Shown here: positions 9,613 through 17,836 of the stretch, piece after piece | Layout of the letters: every line of letters begins with the position of its first letter | How positions within the stretch are numbered: the first letter of the stretch is position 1 | Origin: Limisphaerales bacterium | GTDB lineage: Bacteria; Verrucomicrobiota; Verrucomicrobiia; Limisphaerales; JAJOIW01 | Direction of reading: 5' to 3' | NCBI GenBank assembly: GCA_965657355.1 | Contig: CBFHOE010000014.1 | Coordinates: forward strand, 4,312-32,016 | Length of the DNA stretch: 27,705 nucleotides | Position numbers and translations under genes: made by a program | Notes under the pieces: model-generated | The model's input: the letters and a program-made list of their open reading frames with translations, nothing else | What the model was told of the DNA's origin: nothing | Database searches by the model: none

Positions 9613-10917
9613 TCAATTCTTTTTGTGGCTATCTATCCAAACTGCTGAAAGTATGACGAATCCTAGCACAACATTTTGGACATAAGAATCTAACCCTAAA
9701 AGATTCATCCCGTTTTCAATGACTGCTATAATGAGCGCTCCTATCAACGTTCCGAGAACGTGCCCTTGACCCCCGCTGAGACTAGTCCCCCCAACAACAA
9801 CAGATGCTATTACTTTTAGTTCATACATGAGCCCGTATGTATGGGCTCCACTGTTGAATTGGGACGCAAGAATAATCCCACCTAAACCAGCAAGTCCTCC
9901 GCATACAAGATAGGCAACCATGAGAACTTTATTGATCGAAACGCCGGATAAATGGGCAGCCTCAATATTCCCGCCAACTGCATACAAATGCCTGCCATAC
10001 CTCATTTTATTCATGACCATGTATGCGATGGCAAAAAGTATAGCCATAAGAATTACAGTATTAGGGATGTTCAAAGTCGCACCTGTTCCCAACCAATTAT
10101 ATTCCTCGTTTACTTGAATCGTTTGCCCTTTAGATATAATGGATGCAAATCCTCTGGCAATTAGCATCATAGCCAGGGTCATTATGAAAGGAGGTATCCT
10201 GTGCTTTGTGACCATAAAGCCATTGAAGAGACCTATACCACAACAAGCAATTATGGAAACCAACGAGAAAAAAACCAAAGAACCGGCCCCTGCTTCCATT
10301 CCTCCGCCAAAATGATCTATTAACCAACAACAGAAAACAGCAGAAAAAGCGGTCAGACTTCCTACAGACAAATCTATACCGCCAGAGATAATAACCATGG
10401 TCATACCGATAGCCATAATGGCGACAATTGAAATTTGGCTGAATACATTCTTTAAATTATCAGCTGATAAAAATGTAGAACCGCTTGTTAATTTAGGACT
10501 AATGAGTTCGGTTGATTTCAGCTGGGCATCAATGGAGGCCAGGTCCTCAAACAACAACCACTTCGATACGGCTACTGGCACGGCAATCACATCAATTTGT
10601 AGACCTGACTGAATTCGGGATTCCATAAAAAGACGCGCTTGTCGCATATCACCCTCGACTGTGCCCGCGATATTGACATCATTTCCATTGAGCTCAGTTT
10701 TAAGATTTTCCGCAAATTCTTGTTCACCTGGAATGGCCCTATGCACGATTAACACAGCTGCATCACTAGACAAAGATAGTTTTTTAATTTGCGTCGCTAC
10801 GGATTTTGCCCCACTCAAAGGGGAAGGCGCTTGATCACTCCAAGTCAATAAAGTAAGCAGCAGCACAAGACCAATCAGCACGAAAGACATTCCAAATTTT
10901 GAGTAAAGCTCCTTCAT
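9613..10917 (-). CDS. Monosaccharide ABC transporter permease (RbsC family) with periplasmic insertion
   Basis: GMTMVIISGGIDLSVGS, IPPFIMTLA, GRHLYAVGGNIEAAHLSGV, YELKVIASVVVGGTSLSGG. Confidence 0.92.
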   Translation of the reverse strand: MKELYSKFGMSFVLIGLVLLLTLLTWSDQAPSPLSGAKSVATQIKKLSLSSDAAVLIVHRAIPGEQEFAENLKTELNGNDVNIAGTVEGDMRQARLFMESRIQSGLQIDVIAVPVAVSKWLLFEDLASIDAQLKSTELISPKLTSGSTFLSADNLKNVFSQISIVAIMAIGMTMVIISGGIDLSVGSLTAFSAVFCCWLIDHFGGGMEAGAGSLVFFSLVSIIACCGIGLFNGFMVTKHRIPPFIMTLAMMLIARGFASIISKGQTIQVNEEYNWLGTGATLNIPNTVILMAILFAIAYMVMNKMRYGRHLYAVGGNIEAAHLSGVSINKVLMVAYLVCGGLAGLGGIILASQFNSGAHTYGLMYELKVIASVVVGGTSLSGGQGHVLGTLIGALIIAVIENGMNLLGLDSYVQNVVLGFVILSAVWIDSHKKN

Positions 10918-10932
10918 TTGATTTTAGGATAT

Positions 10933-12438
10933 CTAGTTAAGAGTTTGATTCGTTTTACCTATCGAGTACTTCAGGACTTCTTCTGCCTTCAAGCCATGAT
11001 TATTATCTATCTCTGCATTGATACGACCATCAGACATCACCAATATACGGTCTGACATTCCCAAAATCTCTTCCATGTCTGAGGAAATCATGATTATTGC
11101 TTTGCCTTGTGCACAAAGCTTATGCATCCAGTTATAGAATTCGTATTTCGCTCCAACATCTATTCCACGTGTTGGTTCATCAAAGATAATCACCTCACAT
11201 TCACGAGCTAGCCATTTTGCCAACACGATTTTCTGCTGATTTCCACCGCTCAACGTTCTTGCCTGTTGTCTCCAGCCATGGCATTTGATTTGTAGTTTGT
11301 CTTTCCATTCTGTGAATTGGTTTTTTGCACCCTTTTCATTAACGAAACCTAGATAACTGGATAAATTACCTAGGTTAGGCAGAAGGTAATTTTCACCACA
11401 TCCATGTACAAGAACCAAGCCGTGCTTCTTACGATCCTCAGGCAATAATACAATACCTTGATCAATCGCTTGCCGCGGAGTTTGCACATTAATTTCGTTT
11501 CCATGAAGACGTAGAGACTTACCGCCCCCTTTATCAGCCCCAAAGATTATTCTGGCGGCTTCGGTCCTCCCTGCGCCAATCATTCCAGTCAATCCCAGTA
11601 TTTCGCCTTTGCGAAGCCGCAATGATAGTTTTTCCAAATGAGGCGGACATGATAATTCATTGACTTCAAAAATCACTTCTCCAATTTCATTTCTTTTAGG
11701 TGGAAATTCAGATTCCAATTCACGACCAACAAGCTTCTCAATAATCTCACTCCGGCTAAATGAACCGGTTAGCCCCTCGTCTATAAATTCGCCATCTCGT
11801 AAAATGACGACCTTATCGGTAATTTGAAAGATTTCATCAAGTCGATGACTGACATATATGATTGCTAATCCATCCTCTTTTAATTCTTTTGTTATTTCAT
11901 GCAGTTTTTTGGTTTCATTATCCGTCAAAGCCGCCGTCGGCTCATCCATTATCAACAGGCGGGCGTTTTGTTCCAAAGCTTTTGCTATCTCAACAAGTTG
12001 TTGCTGGGAGACCGTAAGGTCTTTAACCAATGTAGATGGCGACAGAGACAGTCCTAATCTCTTCAACCAATACTTTGCTCTATCTGATTGTCCCCGTTTA
12101 TCAACGAATAACCCTCTATTGATTTCTTTCCCCAGAAATAAATTGTCTGTGATGGAAAGGTATGGAATTAAATTGAGTTCTTGATAGATAATTGCGATTC
12201 CAGACGCCATTGAATCCTGAGGGCAGTTGAAGGCAACCTCCTTGTCACAAAATTTAACTTTTCCTTTATCTGGATTAAAAGCACCTCCGAGAATTTTAAT
12301 GAGGGTACTTTTTCCAGCGCCATTTTCCCCCATCAGCCCCAAAATTTCACCTGAATCGACAGCCATATTCACACCCTTGAGTGCTTTGACTCCCGGGAAT
12401 TCTTTTACAATCCCAGAAACCTCAAGCAGTGCACTCAT
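10933..12438 (-). CDS. Monosaccharide ABC transporter ATP-binding protein (RbsA/MglA family, tandem NBD)
   Basis: Walker A GENGAGKST, MDEPTAAL, YVSHRLDE, PEDRK, LSGGNQQK, FDEPTRGIDVGAK. Confidence 0.95.
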   Translation of the reverse strand: MSALLEVSGIVKEFPGVKALKGVNMAVDSGEILGLMGENGAGKSTLIKILGGAFNPDKGKVKFCDKEVAFNCPQDSMASGIAIIYQELNLIPYLSITDNLFLGKEINRGLFVDKRGQSDRAKYWLKRLGLSLSPSTLVKDLTVSQQQLVEIAKALEQNARLLIMDEPTAALTDNETKKLHEITKELKEDGLAIIYVSHRLDEIFQITDKVVILRDGEFIDEGLTGSFSRSEIIEKLVGRELESEFPPKRNEIGEVIFEVNELSCPPHLEKLSLRLRKGEILGLTGMIGAGRTEAARIIFGADKGGGKSLRLHGNEINVQTPRQAIDQGIVLLPEDRKKHGLVLVHGCGENYLLPNLGNLSSYLGFVNEKGAKNQFTEWKDKLQIKCHGWRQQARTLSGGNQQKIVLAKWLARECEVIIFDEPTRGIDVGAKYEFYNWMHKLCAQGKAIIMISSDMEEILGMSDRILVMSDGRINAEIDNNHGLKAEEVLKYSIGKTNQTLN

Positions 12439-12492
12439 TTAGGCTACTTGTTTTTGGGTTAGAGGAGGTTTATTTTGGCTGCGAGAGAAACC

Positions 12493-13482
12493 CTAATTCT
12501 TTAATAAGGGGTCTTTTTGTGCATCCTCTTTTTTATACAATGAAGGTGGAATAAGGTTTTCTTTGGCAACTTCTTCACCTTTTGAATAGGATACGATCGC
12601 GTTGACTATCTCCACCCCCATCTTGTCTGGAAACTGGATGGGGTCCGCATAAATTTTTCCTTCAAGTATAGCTTTCTTCCCTTCGGGTTGACCATCAAAG
12701 CCAACAATTTTCACTTGTTCTTCTTTTCCTGCTTTTTTTAAAGCCGCGTATGCTCCCAAAGCAGATGGATCATTGATTGCAAAAATAGCATTTAAATCTG
12801 GGTTGGACTGGAGAGCATCTTCTGTGGACTTGAATCCAACGTCACGTGCACCACCACTGGGCAAAGTGGAAACAACTTCAATTTTGTTATCTGATGATTC
12901 GTTGTGCTTTTTTAAAATCTCAGTGAATCCTTTGACTCTCAGCTGGCACGATTCCACCATGTTGTGATCAAGGACTAAAACATTACCGCCTGTTTCTCCA
13001 AGTATTTCAATCATCGCATCTCCAGCCATTTTACCACCCAAATAATTGTCAGTGGCTATTTGGGAAACGATTTCAACACCTGGCTCATTACATGGAATAT
13101 CCACGGTAAAAACAGGGATCCCAGCTTTATTAGCAGCCTGAATAGCTGTTACAACGGCCTTGGAATCGCATGGACTTAGCACGATTGCTGAAGCTTTTTG
13201 GACAATAAAATCCTGAACTTGATCGTATTGTTTTTTTGCGTCCTGGTCTCCACTGACAACCTCAACAGTGTAACCAAGCTTTGTAGCTTCGGCTTCGATA
13301 TTATCTCCTATGGTCTTAAAAAATGGATTCTGTAGGGTCAACAAGGAGACACCAATGAGACCCCTTGTTTCATTTTTACTTGGATTGTTAGCAATTCCAT
13401 CTTTTTGGCCACAGCCAGAAATAAAAAACACAGAACTCGCGAGACATAATGTCAAAAATTTAGTTAGTCCATTAATGTTCAT
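12493..13482 (-). CDS. Sugar ABC transporter substrate-binding lipoprotein (RbsB family)
   Basis: Lipobox FISGC, NPFF, AGIPVFTVD, ATDNYLGG, IFAINDPSALGA, IVGFDG. Confidence 0.92.
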   Translation of the reverse strand: MNINGLTKFLTLCLASSVFFISGCGQKDGIANNPSKNETRGLIGVSLLTLQNPFFKTIGDNIEAEATKLGYTVEVVSGDQDAKKQYDQVQDFIVQKASAIVLSPCDSKAVVTAIQAANKAGIPVFTVDIPCNEPGVEIVSQIATDNYLGGKMAGDAMIEILGETGGNVLVLDHNMVESCQLRVKGFTEILKKHNESSDNKIEVVSTLPSGGARDVGFKSTEDALQSNPDLNAIFAINDPSALGAYAALKKAGKEEQVKIVGFDGQPEGKKAILEGKIYADPIQFPDKMGVEIVNAIVSYSKGEEVAKENLIPPSLYKKEDAQKDPLLKN

Positions 13483-13492
13483 GATTGATTAC

Positions 13493-13521
13493 AGTAAAAT
13501 CTCTCCCTCCAAGATCGTCAA
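13493..13521 (-). promoter_or_regulatory. Possible promoter of the sugar ABC operon
   Basis: Minus strand TTGACG-17 nt-TTTACT (imperfect -10), 10 nt before the ATG. Confidence 0.35.
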
Positions 13522-13632
13522 TCATAGATCAATAGATACGGTCCGAATCATGATCAAAGTATAAGGTCATTGAACTGGCAGCTGAATTGTCAGAGATATT
13601 TATACAAAAACATATAAAAAATCATTATTGGC

Positions 13633-13660
13633 AAAAAAAAGAGGCCGCGAGGCCTCTTTG
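13633..13660 (-). terminator. Rho-independent terminator after the sugar kinase
   Basis: Minus strand AAAGAGGCC-TCGC-GGCCTC followed by T8, a perfect stem. Confidence 0.85.
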
Positions 13661-13683
13661 AAATAAAAAATTATTGAAAACTT

Positions 13684-14784
13684 TTAGCGAACGACCCGAG
13701 CTCCTCCGCCCGACATTATCTTTTCAACATCTTTGACAGTTACCATCGATGTGTCACCCGGTGTGGTCATAGCAAGAGCTCCATGAGCAGCACCATAATT
13801 TACTGCCTTTTGTGGATCGCCAGCCGAAAGGAATCCGTAGATGAGCCCAGAGGCGAAGCTGTCACCACCCCCCACTCTGTCCATAATTTCCAATTCTGGA
13901 TATTGATTAGATTCATAAAAATTTCCACCGGCCCAACAGATAGCTGACCAGTCGTTTATGGTGGCTGTTTTTACCGCTCTGAGTGTTGTCGCAGTCGCTT
14001 TGAAGTTGGGATACTCAGCAACAGCTGATTCGATCATTTTCTGAAATTTTTCGATTTGGATATTCGAGATATTTTCATCCACCCCTTCAACTTCAAAACC
14101 AAGACAGGCAGTAAAATCCTCTTCATTGCCGATCATAACATCAACATTATGGGCGATTCTTCTGTTGACTTCCTGACATTTAGAGTGTCCCCCGATAGAC
14201 TTCCAAAGTGACGGCCGATAATTCAAGTCGTATGAAACTACAGTTCCATGCTTTTTGGCGACAGTCACAGCTTCCTCAACTACAGCAGCTGAGGACTCGG
14301 ATAGAGCGGCGAATATCCCGCCCGTGTGGAACCACCGAGCCCCGCGCTTTCCAAATATTTCTTCCCAATCAATGTCACCGGGTTCGAGCTGTGACGCAGC
14401 CGTGTTACCACGATCCGGCACACCGACAGCACCTCTGATCCCGAAACCGCGCTCGGTAAAATTAAGCCCATTTCTAACGGATCTCCCGATTCCATCGTAT
14501 TCAATCCATTTGATGAAATCAGTATCCACACCGCCCTGTAAGATAAAGTCTTCGATGAGTCGACCTATTTCATTATCCGCAAATGCGGTCACAACTGCAG
14601 TTTTAAGGCCGAAACATCGCCTTAGGCCACGGGTAACATTATACTCACCGCCGCCTTCCCAAGCTTTGAATTCACGCGCTGTTCGCGTGCGGCCCTCGCC
14701 GGGGTCGAGGCGTAGCATAATTTCACCAAGAGAAACACAATCGTAGTAGCAAGAACCTGCCGGTTTTATATCAAGAATAGCCAT
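13684..14784 (-). CDS. kdgK: PfkB-family sugar kinase, 2-keto-3-deoxygluconate kinase-like
   Basis: LGEIMLRLDPG, GGGEYNV, WFHTGGIFAAL, SYDLNYRPSLW, GNEEDF, PfkB signature DRVGGGDSFASG, TTPGD. Confidence 0.75.
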   Translation of the reverse strand: MAILDIKPAGSCYYDCVSLGEIMLRLDPGEGRTRTAREFKAWEGGGEYNVTRGLRRCFGLKTAVVTAFADNEIGRLIEDFILQGGVDTDFIKWIEYDGIGRSVRNGLNFTERGFGIRGAVGVPDRGNTAASQLEPGDIDWEEIFGKRGARWFHTGGIFAALSESSAAVVEEAVTVAKKHGTVVSYDLNYRPSLWKSIGGHSKCQEVNRRIAHNVDVMIGNEEDFTACLGFEVEGVDENISNIQIEKFQKMIESAVAEYPNFKATATTLRAVKTATINDWSAICWAGGNFYESNQYPELEIMDRVGGGDSFASGLIYGFLSAGDPQKAVNYGAAHGALAMTTPGDTSMVTVKDVEKIMSGGGARVVR

Positions 14785-14792
14785 ATTTATGA

Positions 14793-14812
14793 GTAAAGTT
14801 GTTCAACTTTAC
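14793..14812. promoter_or_regulatory. Perfect 20-bp inverted repeat (candidate operator or 5'-UTR hairpin) upstream of the kinase
   Basis: GTAAAGTTG-TT-CAACTTTAC, 8 nt upstream of the kinase ATG and downstream of a TTGCAC -35-like hexamer. Confidence 0.55.
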
Positions 14813-14880
14813 CATACATTAAACTATCCCGACTTTAGGAAGTGCAATATTTTTTATGCTTCAATTTTAATGGTAACAAT

Positions 14881-14907
14881 AAAAAAGGCCAGGAGTCAGC
14901 CTGGCCT
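14881..14907 (-). terminator. Rho-independent terminator after the small lipoprotein gene
   Basis: Minus strand AGGCCAGG-CTGACT-CCTGGCC followed by TTTTTT. Confidence 0.8.
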
Positions 14908-14933
14908 CAAATGAATGCGCTTTAAAATTTTAA

Positions 14934-15107
14934 CTATCGTCCCTCTAGTAATTGAGGAGGTATTGCCGAATCATTGTAACCGCTTCCCCATGGTTGGTCA
15001 GAAAGATTTGCGCCTTTCTTGTCAGGCTGAGAACACCCAGTGAAGCAGCAAACCACAAAAACAGTTAAACAAGATAGCAATCCGATCTTAGATAGTGATT
15101 TACTCAT
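14934..15107 (-). CDS. Small lipoprotein, 57 aa (not in the ORF track)
   Basis: Manual translation MSKSLSKIGLLSCLTVFVVCCFTGCSQPDKKGANLSDQPWGSGYNDSAIPPQLLEGR*. Basic n-region, hydrophobic h-region, lipobox FTGC. Fills the gap between the upstream gene and a terminator. Confidence 0.8.
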   Translation of the reverse strand: MSKSLSKIGLLSCLTVFVVCCFTGCSQPDKKGANLSDQPWGSGYNDSAIPPQLLEGR

Positions 15108-15151
15108 ACCGACGTTGATACTGAGGGATTAAGTTTTAATTTATCAGGAAT

Positions 15152-15925
15152 TTATTCCTGCATTGATTCAATTGCAGTGAGGACTCTGTCGCCCTGTTGG
15201 ATGTTGTCGATGCTCCAGCCGGCAAGCGGATTCGCTATAGAGGTAGTTTCGTCAACTTTAGTGATTCTGGCTTTTGCCACAAGTTTACCATCCCTAGAAA
15301 TGGAAACCTTGCCTTGCTCAAGCAAATCTTTGTTTCGACCAATGTTGATGACGACGAAGTGGTATTTCGGGTCGACGGCCGTTACTTTGGCTGCGATGTT
15401 GTTCGGCAGTTTCACTTCGTAATCATCTAATTCATAGAGCTTTAATTTGTTGTCGAGGATAGTCACGCGTCGTGACAATGCTTCCCCTTCTTCCTCTAGT
15501 ACGGAAATTTTTACCTCAGCAGCGCGGAGGTTGTCGCGAAGTCTTTTAGCATCGTCGATGGATAAGCCAACGGCCTCCCATAAGGACAACTCCCGCTCGT
15601 ATTGGCGCGAGGAGCGGGTCATTTCATTGAGCTGGCGCTCTAAACTATTTGCCCTTGTCAGTTGCTGCTGAAAGTTATTGTTAGCAGATTTCAATTGGAG
15701 ATCACGGTCGGCCAACTGTCGGTCCTTATCCTCTATTTCGGTCTTGGCTTCATCTAATTCTTCTAGCGCGGCCTGTTTCTCACTGAGTGCAGTGTCTCTC
15801 TGCATTTCCGCATTGTCTCTGGATTTTATGACCTCTTTAACTTTGCCGACAGACACGAAACCGAGCCCCGCCGTGGCGATGGAAACAAGTATGGTCAATA
15901 TTGCAAATATACTTGGTGTTTTCAT
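15152..15925 (-). CDS. Membrane-anchored coiled-coil protein with C-terminal beta domain (hypothetical)
   Basis: N-terminal TM or signal segment, about 140 aa of heptad-rich E/K/R/Q helix, then VTAVDPKYHFVVINIG...GKLVAKARITKV...IQQGDRV. Confidence 0.85.
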   Translation of the reverse strand: MKTPSIFAILTILVSIATAGLGFVSVGKVKEVIKSRDNAEMQRDTALSEKQAALEELDEAKTEIEDKDRQLADRDLQLKSANNNFQQQLTRANSLERQLNEMTRSSRQYERELSLWEAVGLSIDDAKRLRDNLRAAEVKISVLEEEGEALSRRVTILDNKLKLYELDDYEVKLPNNIAAKVTAVDPKYHFVVINIGRNKDLLEQGKVSISRDGKLVAKARITKVDETTSIANPLAGWSIDNIQQGDRVLTAIESMQE

Positions 15926-15946
15926 TTAAATTTTTAGAGCTATGAG

Positions 15947-15976
15947 AAGTTAGACTTTTGAGAGGTTGATTGTCAA
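15947..15976 (-). promoter_or_regulatory. Sigma70-like promoter of the coiled-coil/lipoprotein unit
   Basis: Minus strand TTGACA-18 nt-TAACTT, 21 nt upstream of the ATG. Confidence 0.6.
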
Positions 15977-16175
15977 CGCGTCATTTGCTTTTACGTTAAG
16001 GAAATGTCTGATCAATGGATCAATGGCAATCCAAATTGACTACAAAAGTGATTATTTGGGATCGAAAGTGCGGCAAAAAGCCAAATACTAAAAATTTCAG
16101 TATCTTTTCGCGAAAAAGTATTGAATTGGCGATCGTTCTTGAAAACCTTTTAAAGTTTGGAGAAGGTAGTAGTTA

Positions 16176-17144
16176 ATGCCTAGACAAGTTCTTGGGCGCG
16201 GATTGGGAGCACTTCTCAACAACCAAACCACGGATTCTGAGACCGAGACTGGAGAGGAAAATAAAGTAACTTCTTCACTCGGCAACCGGGATGAGACCGC
16301 AGGGGCTGAAACTGCTATGATGCAGGAGGTTCCCGGAGATGCCGTGATGAAGGTAAAAATTGAGAGCATCGTACCTTCGCCCTTACAGCCCCGAAAAGAA
16401 TTTTCGGATGAATCGTTAAAGGAGTTATCTGACTCGATTAAAGAGAGAGGGATACTTCAACCCCTTATTGTTAGACCCTCCAAAGAAAGTGGGCAACTCG
16501 AGCTCATAGCAGGCGAAAGGCGCCTGCGAGCCAGCAAAATGGCGGGTTTAACTGAGTTACCCGTCCTGATTAGGCCCAGCGAGGACAGGTCGGCATTAGA
16601 ATGGATGCTGGTAGAAAACCTTCAGCGCGAAGATCTCAACCCACTGGATGAAGCCATGGGTTACCGAGAACTGGCGCAAAGCTTTAAGCTCAAGCAAGAA
16701 GAGATCGCCAAGAAAGTTGGGAAAAGTCGGGCTGCGGTATCCAACGCGATGCGACTCTTAAAATTGCCTGAAACGACCCAAGACTATTTAAAGCTTGGTG
16801 AAATTTCCGTAGGCCATGCGAAGGTACTTCTTGGGGTCGGCTCCGCAGACCTCGTCGAGAAGGCCACCAAAAAAGTCATAGATGGCCAACTATCTGTCCG
16901 GCAACTTGAGGAATGGGTGGCAAAACTTACAGGAGAAAGAGGATCGCCGGTCCTCCCTTCCACACAATCACGGAAAGAGTTGCCCCCGGAGATTGCGGAT
17001 ATCGAAGATAAGATTCGCGACTTATTTGCCACCAAAGTTTCGGTTAAATACAAGGATCAAAAAGGCAGTATTGAGATAAAATTCTTCAATCATGATGATT
17101 TAGATCGAATTGTGGAAATCCTAAAATTAGAAAAAGAACGATAA
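16176..17144 (+). CDS. parB: ParB/Spo0J chromosome partition protein
   Basis: LGRGLGALL, PLQPRKEF, GILQP, arginine patch IAGERRLRA, ENLQREDL, HTH QEEIAKKVGKSRAAVSNAMRLL, GHAKVLL, C-terminal KGSIEIKF...DLDRI. Confidence 0.95.
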   Translation: MPRQVLGRGLGALLNNQTTDSETETGEENKVTSSLGNRDETAGAETAMMQEVPGDAVMKVKIESIVPSPLQPRKEFSDESLKELSDSIKERGILQPLIVRPSKESGQLELIAGERRLRASKMAGLTELPVLIRPSEDRSALEWMLVENLQREDLNPLDEAMGYRELAQSFKLKQEEIAKKVGKSRAAVSNAMRLLKLPETTQDYLKLGEISVGHAKVLLGVGSADLVEKATKKVIDGQLSVRQLEEWVAKLTGERGSPVLPSTQSRKELPPEIADIEDKIRDLFATKVSVKYKDQKGSIEIKFFNHDDLDRIVEILKLEKER

Positions 17145-17162
17145 AAAGAATACGGAAAAGGG

Positions 17163-17735
17163 ATGGTATTAAGAGTAACCCAATATGGAGAGCCCATTTT
17201 AAGAGAAAAAGGGAAAAAACTTACAGAATTCGGCCCTGAATTACACAAACTCATAGATGATATGTTTGATACCATGGAAGCAGCTCATGGTATCGGCCTT
17301 GCAGCTCAGCAAATTGGGGAATCATTACAGCTGTGTATTATTGATGTATCGGGGATCGAGGATAGACCATCCGCACTTTGGCTGAACGGGAAAGATTCAA
17401 ATGTTGAAGAATTTATGCCGTTGGTTCTCATTAACCCAAGTATTGAAATGATTGGGGATGGTGAATTGGGGCCTGAAGGGTGCCTCAGTTTCCCCAATAT
17501 TTATGGAGAGGTTAATCGACCAGGAAAAATAAAAGTAAAAGCTTTAAATGGAAACGGAAAAGAGTATGAATTTGAGTGTGACGGGCTGCTTTCAAGGTGT
17601 GTTCAGCATGAGGTAGACCACCTCAATGGCATTCTCTTTATTGATCGCATGGAAGGCGACGAACGCGGAAAGATAAAAGGTGAGGTTGCCGAGCTTAAGG
17701 CAAGGACAGATGCTTGGATAAAGTCTCAAAAATGA
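17163..17735 (+). CDS. def: Peptide deformylase
   Basis: All three motifs present: GIGLAAQQ, EGCLS, QHEVDHLNG. Confidence 0.97.
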   Translation: MVLRVTQYGEPILREKGKKLTEFGPELHKLIDDMFDTMEAAHGIGLAAQQIGESLQLCIIDVSGIEDRPSALWLNGKDSNVEEFMPLVLINPSIEMIGDGELGPEGCLSFPNIYGEVNRPGKIKVKALNGNGKEYEFECDGLLSRCVQHEVDHLNGILFIDRMEGDERGKIKGEVAELKARTDAWIKSQK

Positions 17736-17836
17736 AACTTACATTTTCGACAAGTGGAGCATCTGTATTAAAAAATTTATTTTGGGAAAGACTGGTCGAA
17801 TCAGATTAAAACCACTAGGTATTTGGCATTACCCCC

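Noticed and set aside
14208..14746. Plus-strand ORFs of 76 and 163 aa
   Set aside because: Antisense to the kinase, with composition typical of shadow frames. The same applies to the other short nested ORFs in the track.
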